A stretch of 64,000 bases of DNA from the IMG/VR virus record IMGVR_UViG_3300045988_127310; one strand, 5' to 3'. Below, in pieces: positions 57,060 through 64,000 of the stretch. The DNA is from a virus. Position numbers and translations under genes: made by a program. The notes below the pieces were generated by a model. That model ran no database searches. It saw only the letters and a list, made by a program, of their open reading frames with translations, and was not told the DNA's origin. Each line of letters begins with the position of its first letter. The first letter of the stretch is position 1.

Positions 57060-57561
57060 ATTCCACTATATTTATGTTGTCAAATTTTTCTTTTATAACA
57101 TCCAAGGCGCCACACTCGTTTGTTACCATAGCATACTTTCCTGGCTTCATTCTCCACAGATTGAAATACCTTGTCACATTTATAATGTTGTTAAATAATG
57201 ATATTTCGTATCTTGTATTCCCATTTACATCATGTCCAGCTTTTTTTAAATAACATAGGGTCGGCTTGTATTTGAAATAATTAAAAAGCCTATACCATCC
57301 CTTTCCGTTACATGTTTCACGATTCCATATTCCAGTAAGCTTCCTATATCCCCTTACCGGTATTTTCTCTATTTCTTTTGGTACAATCTTGACATACTCT
57401 CCTTCTCCGATTGGTATAGTCATATTACCTGCCTCTTCCGTGCAAAAGTATTCTATTTCAGATGCCATTCCTTTATACACATAGAACCGGTATGGGTTCC
57501 CGTCAGGGTCTACCCGATCCATATAGTATAATATCACTTTGTCTACTTTTATCTTTTTCAT
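57046..57561 (-). CDS. hypothetical protein (171 aa)
   Basis: Colinear ORF. Confidence 0.55.
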   Translation of the reverse strand: MKKIKVDKVILYYMDRVDPDGNPYRFYVYKGMASEIEYFCTEEAGNMTIPIGEGEYVKIVPKEIEKIPVRGYRKLTGIWNRETCNGKGWYRLFNYFKYKPTLCYLKKAGHDVNGNTRYEISLFNNIINVTRYFNLWRMKPGKYAMVTNECGALDVIKEKFDNINIVEYGSE

Positions 57562-57809
57562 TCCTTTATTCTCCTTATCTTTAAATCGTTATTCCCACAG
57601 TATTCCTTCAACCAACTATCCGTTAGATAACGATTAACTCTATCGTATTTCTTTTTCGGACCCTTGCTCCAGAATTTCCATTCGTTTGTGATATTGTACC
57701 CATATTTATCAAACCAATGGATATAATACACTACGTTACCGTACAAATCCACTCTTTTTCTTTCCTGTATGACTACCTCGTAAGGCATCTTCTTGCCTCT
57801 TTTCTCCAT
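57558..57809 (-). CDS. hypothetical protein (83 aa)
   Basis: 4-nt overlap. Confidence 0.45.
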   Translation of the reverse strand: MEKRGKKMPYEVVIQERKRVDLYGNVVYYIHWFDKYGYNITNEWKFWSKGPKKKYDRVNRYLTDSWLKEYCGNNDLKIRRIKE

Positions 57810-57887
57810 CTTTGTCCTCCTTTCTTGAATAAAAAAAACGGCACCTATCTTCGCAGACCAGTGCCGGTAACTAACTTACATGGAAAA

Positions 57888-58298
57888 CTATTTTACTTCA
57901 ACTAATTCTACAGAGCTGTAGAATTTAGTGAAGCTACCAACAAATTCTCTTATATTTTTATATTCTTCTGGTCGTTTTCTGTTATCGTCTTTTATATAAT
58001 TTACCCACAGTCTATCTTCTATGCTCTTAATCGCATTTTCTATAGTAAATTCGTCGCTGACACACATTAAACACGAAGATCCGGTTTTCTTATGTGGTTT
58101 ATACACCCTTGAAAAAGACCACATTTTTATCCTGTCGTATATATATCCGTTGTTTGGATAAACGAATCCTATCCGGCTGTCACCTTCTTTGGCATAAAAT
58201 ACACCTGGCTCCTTCCCGCCCTTTCTATATACTACGAATCCTTTTTCTTTTAGGATCTTAACCACTTTATTTAATTTATTTTCTACGTTCATTTTCAT
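57888..58298 (-). CDS. hypothetical protein (136 aa)
   Basis: Colinear ORF. Confidence 0.5.
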   Translation of the reverse strand: MKMNVENKLNKVVKILKEKGFVVYRKGGKEPGVFYAKEGDSRIGFVYPNNGYIYDRIKMWSFSRVYKPHKKTGSSCLMCVSDEFTIENAIKSIEDRLWVNYIKDDNRKRPEEYKNIREFVGSFTKFYSSVELVEVK

Positions 58299-58749
58299 GC
58301 AAAAATTTAAAAACGACCTTCATTACATTTCCAAAGTTCTCCACCTTAACCCACTCGTGAGCTACTGCTCTAAGTACGGATGTTTCGTATGTCGGAATAT
58401 TGTCTTCTTCAACCACCTTACAAGAAGCCAGAACTCCTTCAGTCGGCTTTAGTCCGAGGTCATGCAGCTCGCAGAGACCGCCCGGCTGGCGGAATGCGCA
58501 CCACCCGTCTTTCTCTGTTGGCTGGATCATCGCTATTGGTTTTTCTTTCACTGCAAGATACCCTACCATCCACATTGTTTCTTTTAACCTGTCAGCGTAT
58601 CCGGCATCTATGATAGCTTCTATGTCTTTTGGCGTACCAATACAAGGAACTTTACACATGTTTTTACATTTATCACATGTACAAGGTTGCTCCCATCTGT
58701 TATGATCTATGCCTACCAACTTCTTTATCCGTTCTACTTCTTCTTTCAT
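58276..58749 (-). CDS. Cys-rich protein (possible zinc/iron-chelating CxxCxxxC cluster)
   Basis: CTCDKCKNMCKVPC. Confidence 0.5.
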   Translation of the reverse strand: MKEEVERIKKLVGIDHNRWEQPCTCDKCKNMCKVPCIGTPKDIEAIIDAGYADRLKETMWMVGYLAVKEKPIAMIQPTEKDGWCAFRQPGGLCELHDLGLKPTEGVLASCKVVEEDNIPTYETSVLRAVAHEWVKVENFGNVMKVVFKFLHENERRK

Positions 58750-58750
58750 A

Positions 58751-59032
58751 TTATACTATCTCTGTTAGTTTTTCATAATACAACTTCATTTCCGGTGAAG
58801 CATATTCCATGAATGCTTCGAATAAGTAGGGTACCTCTATTATCATATTCACATTACAACCTTCTGCCTGTGAAAGAGATTCAAGATCATTGCTGTATGA
58901 ACACGTTACATGAGCTCCTACATTAAACACATGTAAATCTAATCTTACATATTCCATACATAAATCTAACGCTTTAAACAAGTTTTCTACCTCAATCTCC
59001 TGAAATAGGTCTATAAACATCCTTAAATCCAT
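58751..59032 (-). CDS. hypothetical protein (93 aa)
   Basis: Colinear ORF. Confidence 0.45.
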   Translation of the reverse strand: MDLRMFIDLFQEIEVENLFKALDLCMEYVRLDLHVFNVGAHVTCSYSNDLESLSQAEGCNVNMIIEVPYLFEAFMEYASPEMKLYYEKLTEIV

Positions 59033-59415
59033 TATTTTACTACCCTTTCTATGTGTTTAATTAATACTACTGCCATCCCCTTACCTGTTTTTATCGCACA
59101 TTCCGATCCTTTTATCCATTCTACACACCCTACATACTTTTCCGTAGCATGAAATCCGGGATTGTATTTTCCAGATGTACTGAACTCTACCGTATCCCCT
59201 ACCTTCAGATCATCAAAAGCAATAGACCATGTGGTCCAAATTCTATCATGTCTCCCAGGCTGAATAGCTCCGATTACGCCTTTTTTACGACCGTTTTTTA
59301 TCGCCCTTAGTATTATCTTCCTATCACCTTCGATAAGGCTGCAAAAGCGCCCGTAAAAGGTCAAATCAACCTGTTTTCCTCCTATTTCTTCTCTTATTTT
59401 TGTTATTCTGTTCAT
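59032..59415 (-). CDS. hypothetical protein (127 aa)
   Basis: Colinear ORF. Confidence 0.5.
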   Translation of the reverse strand: MNRITKIREEIGGKQVDLTFYGRFCSLIEGDRKIILRAIKNGRKKGVIGAIQPGRHDRIWTTWSIAFDDLKVGDTVEFSTSGKYNPGFHATEKYVGCVEWIKGSECAIKTGKGMAVVLIKHIERVVK

Positions 59416-59659
59416 TTTCTGATTTTGTTTTATTTTTTTCTTTGTTTTTTCTATCTTCTATAGAAGATGATAATAACATTATCTTTTCTATGTTACTTTT
59501 TGACTGTAAAAAAGAATCGCATTTCATTACTACTACCACCTTCTTAAGTTCCCCATTATCGTATAGCGATACACGCATCATGTTTTGCACCTCGTCCACT
59601 ATCAGACCTGGAGTAGTCTTAACCATTTTGCGTAGCTTATTATACTCCGGTCTTTCCAT
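59366..59659 (-). CDS. hypothetical protein with a basic C-terminal tail
   Basis: Overlaps the downstream gene by 50 nt, so it is uncertain. Confidence 0.35.
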   Translation of the reverse strand: MERPEYNKLRKMVKTTPGLIVDEVQNMMRVSLYDNGELKKVVVVMKCDSFLQSKSNIEKIMLLSSSIEDRKNKEKNKTKSENEQNNKNKRRNRRKTG

Positions 59660-59924
59660 TTCCTCTGTTTATTACTCTATAGTATTTATCCTTGTCCCCT
59701 TCTTTCAACTTCTCCAGATAGAAAATTCCATCATGTAAATGAGACAAACAAAACCTGTATCCGTATTTCTGTACTCTTCTTACATGATCCCGCAGTCTTA
59801 TCTCTTCACTTTTGTCTTGTACTTTGATCTTAATACTGTCTCCTTCTTTGATTGTGTATAAAATAGTTTGAATCTCTTCTTTTTTCATCTTATAAAATAT
59901 TTTAACGGCAGCACCTATACTCAC
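59640..59924 (-). CDS. hypothetical protein (94 aa)
   Basis: Colinear ORF. Confidence 0.45.
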   Translation of the reverse strand: MSIGAAVKIFYKMKKEEIQTILYTIKEGDSIKIKVQDKSEEIRLRDHVRRVQKYGYRFCLSHLHDGIFYLEKLKEGDKDKYYRVINRGNGKTGV

Positions 59925-59951
59925 GCACCACTACTGCCTTATGTTTAACAA

Positions 59952-60584
59952 TTAAATACTTAACTCTTCAATGGTCAAGCCTTTTTCTTTTGCCCATTTT
60001 AACATTGCGCATAATTCTGTTTCTGACTTATATTTCGGATCACGCCACGCCCATCCGAATTTATCCAGGACATGATGATATAATTCGTCGGCCTTTGCCG
60101 TGTAAATGTCTTTGAATAAATGCTCCGAACCTTCTGGTATAAGCATCTCTGTTGTTGCAAAATCAGAATACGACAAACATCCGTAAGCATATTCTGTTAT
60201 TTCACTCCATGCTTCTCCGGCTTTAAATCCAAATTCTTTTACAAAAGCCAAAGTTAGATACATGTTTAATAATATTGTTACATCATATCCAGAATCCGAC
60301 TTTCTTTCTATTATTTTCTTTTCAAATTCCTTTAAATCTTCAGGCCCTAAAAAGATGTATCCTGGTACCGACCGATAATTAGCCTCCGCATACTTCTTGC
60401 ATTTATCATCATTAACAATCTTACCAATGTTAGATAACATCTTTTGCCTCCATTCATCACAAAACTCTATCCTTACATCCATCCAATCAGTATCATAATT
60501 GTACTCTTTTGGATGTCCTACCGATATTACCTTTATGTTATTCACGCCATATTCATAAAGGCGTTCACCCACCTCATTCGCCAT
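59952..60584 (-). CDS. hypothetical protein (210 aa)
   Basis: Colinear ORF. Confidence 0.55.
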   Translation of the reverse strand: MANEVGERLYEYGVNNIKVISVGHPKEYNYDTDWMDVRIEFCDEWRQKMLSNIGKIVNDDKCKKYAEANYRSVPGYIFLGPEDLKEFEKKIIERKSDSGYDVTILLNMYLTLAFVKEFGFKAGEAWSEITEYAYGCLSYSDFATTEMLIPEGSEHLFKDIYTAKADELYHHVLDKFGWAWRDPKYKSETELCAMLKWAKEKGLTIEELSI

Positions 60585-60760
60585 TCCTGTACAAAAGGAA
60601 CAAACTTATTGCAATAAGAATCAAAATCAAAATCCGATTCTTCTTCATATTCCGGCATCTCATCATATTCCTGTGAAAAGAAATGACGCGGGTCTGCTAT
60701 TGTTTCATAAAAACTTACGTTAATGAAACAAAATTCGTTGGTTGTTGTTTTTAATATCAT
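60542..60760 (-). CDS. hypothetical small protein
   Basis: Overlaps the neighbouring gene by 43 nt. Confidence 0.35.
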   Translation of the reverse strand: MILKTTTNEFCFINVSFYETIADPRHFFSQEYDEMPEYEEESDFDFDSYCNKFVPFVQEWRMRWVNAFMNMA

Positions 60761-61011
60761 AGCTTTTTGTATTTACGTACATTTTTCTTGCCATAGAATC
60801 TACACATGGCACGAATCTGACTATAAAATACTTTTGTCCTCCTGGCCTCAAAGTATTTAAACATTTCTTCATTCTTTGTTTCCCACACGTAATCCGTTTG
60901 GGAACTCATGTGATTTTTGTCCTTGCGTGAATAATGGTAATATGATACCACAACACGTTTCGCGCCATTCTTTACAGGTACGATATTCACGTCTATGTTA
61001 TTATCTGTCAT
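60757..61011 (-). CDS. hypothetical protein (84 aa)
   Basis: 4-nt overlap. Confidence 0.45.
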   Translation of the reverse strand: MTDNNIDVNIVPVKNGAKRVVVSYYHYSRKDKNHMSSQTDYVWETKNEEMFKYFEARRTKVFYSQIRAMCRFYGKKNVRKYKKL

Positions 61012-61311
61012 ATTATTATTGTTTTATGTTATTTAATGGTAATACTGATCCCATTTATGTGTCAGATGATAATCAAACATTATATTTGCCCTGTCTTGCG
61101 ACCTCGGAAGGGCATTTCCGAGTTGGAAAGTGCGGGTGATTCCAACGATTGTAAAACCGGGGGTTCCGTACGTTTGTATCCAAGAATCCCGTTTGCTTTA
61201 GCGATGGGAGTATGTCAAGCATTATATAAATACAAAGAGCGCATACCTTCACAGGCCGGCGCTCCTTTCAATAAAAATGAAAAAACTAACATTAACATAA
61301 AAATCCGTTTT

Positions 61312-61539
61312 CTACTTCTTATGTTTTAATCTTTTAATGGCATCCTTTCTTGAGTATGCCATTACTTTAGTGCCATTAATATCAAATTCTTTTTCTGTTC
61401 TGACAATCTTTTCTCTTCTATATGTAGATTGCATTCCTTTTCCCCTTTTAGTATTTAGCACAAAGGCATCATCTCCGCACATTGCAGCTAATATCATAGG
61501 GAGCAACAGACCTCTGTATTTCATATTTTTCCTCCACAA
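61312..61539 (-). CDS. hypothetical basic small protein
   Basis: Colinear ORF. Confidence 0.4.
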   Translation of the reverse strand: MWRKNMKYRGLLLPMILAAMCGDDAFVLNTKRGKGMQSTYRREKIVRTEKEFDINGTKVMAYSRKDAIKRLKHKK

Positions 61540-61751
61540 TTATTATATCTGCCATATTCGTTTCTTCCATCATTCCGTATTTCAAAAATCATCTTCTTAT
61601 GATCTTTGCCTGGTAACTTATCCTTAACAGCCGATATTACGCCCGCTATAGACGTGAATCCCGAATCTGTTATTGAACACAGTAACACACCTCTGTCTGC
61701 GCCGGTGCTTATCGCTGACGCCTTTATAATATTATTTTTATATATTCTCAT
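61521..61751 (-). CDS. hypothetical small protein
   Basis: Colinear ORF. Confidence 0.4.
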   Translation of the reverse strand: MRIYKNNIIKASAISTGADRGVLLCSITDSGFTSIAGVISAVKDKLPGKDHKKMIFEIRNDGRNEYGRYNNCGGKI

Positions 61752-61929
61752 AATCTTTCGTTTTATTATCTACAAACTTATCTATATCGTCTCTTATTCT
61801 TTTTAGTACTCCGGCTATAATTTCCGGCATCCCTCCTTCGGTACGGTTCGGAGTTTCTATCACCCCATCAATCCTACCAATTTGACGCCATAAGAAATTG
61901 GCGTCTTTCGCATTAAATTCCCCCATCAT
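61738..61929 (-). CDS. hypothetical small protein
   Basis: Colinear ORF. Confidence 0.35.
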   Translation of the reverse strand: MMGEFNAKDANFLWRQIGRIDGVIETPNRTEGGMPEIIAGVLKRIRDDIDKFVDNKTKDYENI

Positions 61930-62161
61930 GTCTTATTTTACAGTAAACAACTTGCTTTTTTAAGCACCAGTCTTGCGATTCTGAGAGTGAACACCGTTCG
62001 GAGTTGTTAAAAAATATACAATCTTTGCAGAACATAAGAGGATCTTCGTCGTCACCAACTACTTTGACATCATACTCTATGCCATACAATTTTAATCTAA
62101 ATACATCCCCTGCTTCTTTAGAAGACAAATCCATGTTCGGACCGAATGTTATTACTTCCAT
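61913..62161 (-). CDS. hypothetical protein (82 aa)
   Basis: Its ATG lies 22 nt downstream of the conserved 25-nt element. Confidence 0.45.
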   Translation of the reverse strand: MEVITFGPNMDLSSKEAGDVFRLKLYGIEYDVKVVGDDEDPLMFCKDCIFFNNSERCSLSESQDWCLKKQVVYCKIRHDGGI

Positions 62162-62180
62162 ATAATTATGTTTTATTGTT

Positions 62181-62205
62181 TGTGAGATGCCCAGAATCGA
62201 ACCAG
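62181..62205 (-). promoter_or_regulatory. conserved 25-nt promoter-proximal element, copy 1 (tRNA T-arm-like: CTGGTTCGATTCTGGGCATCTCACA on the minus strand)
   Basis: 22 of 25 nt identical to 63429-63453. Both copies lie 22-24 nt upstream of a leftward ATG and follow a terminator hairpin. Confidence 0.45.
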
Positions 62206-62248
62206 GACCGGCACATACGCACCGGCACGCCGCGTCATCCCTCTATGA

Positions 62249-62288
62249 TACAGAAATAGGCATGTCTATCCTCACGAACCGACATGCC
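62249..62288 (-). terminator. rho-independent terminator (GGCATGTC/GACATGCC stem plus T-run on the minus strand)
   Basis: 8-bp perfect stem and 14-nt loop, followed by TATTTCTGTAT. Downstream of gene 62335..62649. Confidence 0.55.
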
Positions 62289-62334
62289 AAAACCCAAAAC
62301 TTAATTTGATGAATAAAATAGATTAACAAAAATA

Positions 62335-62649
62335 CTATTCTAATTCTTTTATAATATCTTTCACAATATTCAGCCTCACCTCCTTCGTTTTTGGACTAAG
62401 ACAACCAAACCACCCATAAAACGTTCTTGTTTCCTCTGGTTCTGTGGCCATACTTATCTTCTCCTCCAATTCCGGGAAATATATTCTCACCATTTCGTCT
62501 GAACAAAACTCATATATATTTTTATGTGTTTTGAGATACATAAACACTACATTTCTTAACGCAACACATATGTATTCCCCATCCTCTAACCTATCAATCA
62601 TCTCATATACCTTTTTCCATATGAATAATCGCTCTTCTTTTGTAAACAT
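62335..62649 (-). CDS. hypothetical protein (104 aa)
   Basis: Colinear ORF. Confidence 0.5.
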   Translation of the reverse strand: MFTKEERLFIWKKVYEMIDRLEDGEYICVALRNVVFMYLKTHKNIYEFCSDEMVRIYFPELEEKISMATEPEETRTFYGWFGCLSPKTKEVRLNIVKDIIKELE

Positions 62650-62663
62650 ATCCTTCTTTATTT

Positions 62664-63005
62664 TTATGGTATTATTTGACTGTATGCAGACTTTTCCATG
62701 TACACAACACTATGTTCCTGTCCAAGTATTTTCTTTGCTGCTTCTTTCTTTATCGCGCAATATCTCCCTGTACGATACGGATTCTTTTGATCTGATCCAT
62801 CCTCGACTTCGATAATAAAACAACCTCCGTCATCTATTATCTTTTTGCAATTGTCACATATTTCTCCCGTGCATATATGATGCGGCGCCTGCCCTTTGAT
62901 GTTATTCCCTAATAAAGCAATCCCCATCTCTTCGCCACATATCATGCAGACTTCTATAGACGGATTCAATCCGTGTTCTGGATGTAATGTAATACCATCT
63001 TTCAT
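62664..63005 (-). CDS. Cys/His-containing hypothetical protein (113 aa)
   Basis: CMICGEE...HHICTGEICDNC cysteine pattern. Confidence 0.5.
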   Translation of the reverse strand: MKDGITLHPEHGLNPSIEVCMICGEEMGIALLGNNIKGQAPHHICTGEICDNCKKIIDDGGCFIIEVEDGSDQKNPYRTGRYCAIKKEAAKKILGQEHSVVYMEKSAYSQIIP

Positions 63006-63406
63006 TTTCTTTCCTCCTTCATTAATTCTATTATAAACTTTTTATCTTGTTCCCACAATGGCAGCCCTTCTTTTACTGTGTATGCCACTGTTTCCCTCTC
63101 TCCTATTAATCGCACGGCAATCTCTCTTGCTTTCAAGTCATCCTCCTCATGCGATTTATTTATTAAATCATAGGCACATGATTCCACCTTTTGCCTTTCG
63201 ATTATTATCGAACCCATTAACTCGCTTATATACGATCCTAAAAACGATAAGACATTAATAGCTTTCCCAATATCATTTGAAATAGCACTTGCTAAATACA
63301 TCTTATCCATATACTCCGGCAAAGCCTCGTATGCCGTTTCTATGTTTTTATACTGATTTTCGTTTACCTCCCTTTTAATCAGTTCTTCAAATTCTTCTTT
63401 TAACAT
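63002..63406 (-). CDS. hypothetical protein (134 aa)
   Basis: Its ATG lies 24 nt downstream of the conserved 25-nt element, copy 2. Confidence 0.5.
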   Translation of the reverse strand: MLKEEFEELIKREVNENQYKNIETAYEALPEYMDKMYLASAISNDIGKAINVLSFLGSYISELMGSIIIERQKVESCAYDLINKSHEEDDLKAREIAVRLIGERETVAYTVKEGLPLWEQDKKFIIELMKEERK

Positions 63407-63428
63407 GTTCTTCCCTATTTTAATGTTG

Positions 63429-63453
63429 TGTGAGATCGCCGGAATCGAACCAG
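63429..63453 (-). promoter_or_regulatory. conserved 25-nt promoter-proximal element, copy 2 (CTGGTTCGATTCCGGCGATCTCACA on the minus strand)
   Basis: See copy 1. Confidence 0.45.
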
Positions 63454-63469
63454 CCTACCGCACCATGAA

Positions 63470-63511
63470 TCCCATAAAGCAAATGCTCCGATCTTCGCAG
63501 ACGGGAGCATT
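63470..63511 (-). terminator. rho-independent terminator (AATGCTCC/GGAGCATT stem plus T-run on the minus strand)
   Basis: 8-bp perfect stem followed by TTTGCTTTAT on the minus strand. Confidence 0.5.
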
Positions 63512-63630
63512 CTGTCTAAAGCATAAGAAAATTAATGAAGAAATTTTTCTCACTTACGCCATAGCATCTAAAATAGCTATCAGCACTATTTCTATGACAA
63601 ACATAATAGAAAATATCTTAAATGCCTTTT

Positions 63631-63915
63631 TCATATTATTTCCTCCTTCTTCTTTATGTTTATAGTTCTTCTATACAGGATCTCTCCGGTCGTAATATCC
63701 TGTGCGCTTACACTAATACGAACACAGTCCTTTAACCAACTCGGTCTGTGTTTAAGCAATTCTTTAGCACTCGTTCTTAATATCATCTCTTTGGCATCTG
63801 ATACCGGCATAGACCTGTTGCTTATTAGTCTACTACTTTTCGAACCTGTAGAAGATACCCAATTTATCCAAATATAATGTATTGTTCTTCCATCTTTTTT
63901 CTTTTTACGTTCCAC
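63631..63915 (-). CDS. hypothetical protein (94 aa)
   Basis: Colinear ORF near the window edge. Confidence 0.45.
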   Translation of the reverse strand: MERKKKKDGRTIHYIWINWVSSTGSKSSRLISNRSMPVSDAKEMILRTSAKELLKHRPSWLKDCVRISVSAQDITTGEILYRRTINIKKKEEII

Positions 63916-64000
63916 AATAAACTGTCCTGGCTCTGCTCCGACCTCCGTTCCACCTACAACCGCAGGCCTTAGCCCAAGGCGCCGCCTACTCCCCCTCTAT

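Noticed and set aside
62183-62275. A possible tRNA gene on the minus strand; a second similar locus lies at 63431-63515. Both contain GGTTCGATTC with a 7-nt acceptor-like tail.
   Set aside because: Only a T-arm and 3' acceptor strand can be drawn. No complementary 5' acceptor strand, D-arm or anticodon arm folds at tRNA spacing (candidate lengths of 66 or 92 nt with mismatched stems). They are treated as conserved regulatory elements, pending a tRNAscan check.
1-64000. CRISPR arrays, rRNA genes, integrase/attP
   Set aside because: No regularly spaced direct repeats and no rRNA-like conserved stretches. No tyrosine or serine recombinase motif was seen in any ORF in this window.

Overview
This 64-kb window reads as part of a low-GC (roughly 35%) dsDNA phage or prophage genome from a Bacteroidetes host. 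Gene calls rest on motif-level reading of the six-frame ORF track; no database search was possible. The first 18 kb is transcribed rightward and holds three large virion-type ORFs, a Bro-N (antirepressor-like) locus broken into three collinear ORF pieces, a tight cluster of small early-type genes (one carries a C-terminal Tad2/DUF2829-like domain), and a 2148-aa giant ORF with flanking terminators. A short islet at 18.8-21.9 kb carries an IS1595-family transposase, a Bacteroidetes-type lipoprotein and an outer-membrane beta-barrel protein. From 22.4 to 64 kb more than 70 mostly small genes are transcribed leftward. They include a replication and recombination module (DnaG-like primase, DnaB-like helicase, SF2 helicase, two RecB/Cas4-family PD-(D/E)xK nucleases), a Dcm-type C5 cytosine methyltransferase split by a frameshift inside an A9 tract, a flotillin/NfeD/ACP-like operon, a minimal ABC-type ATPase with an unknown partner, a PolyA-polymerase/CCA-type nucleotidyltransferase head-domain protein, tandem paralogs and many zinc-ribbon proteins. 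I found no rRNA, no CRISPR array and no convincing tRNA. Two families of conserved non-coding elements sit directly upstream of leftward genes, and several short GC-rich islands are embedded in otherwise AT-rich genes.
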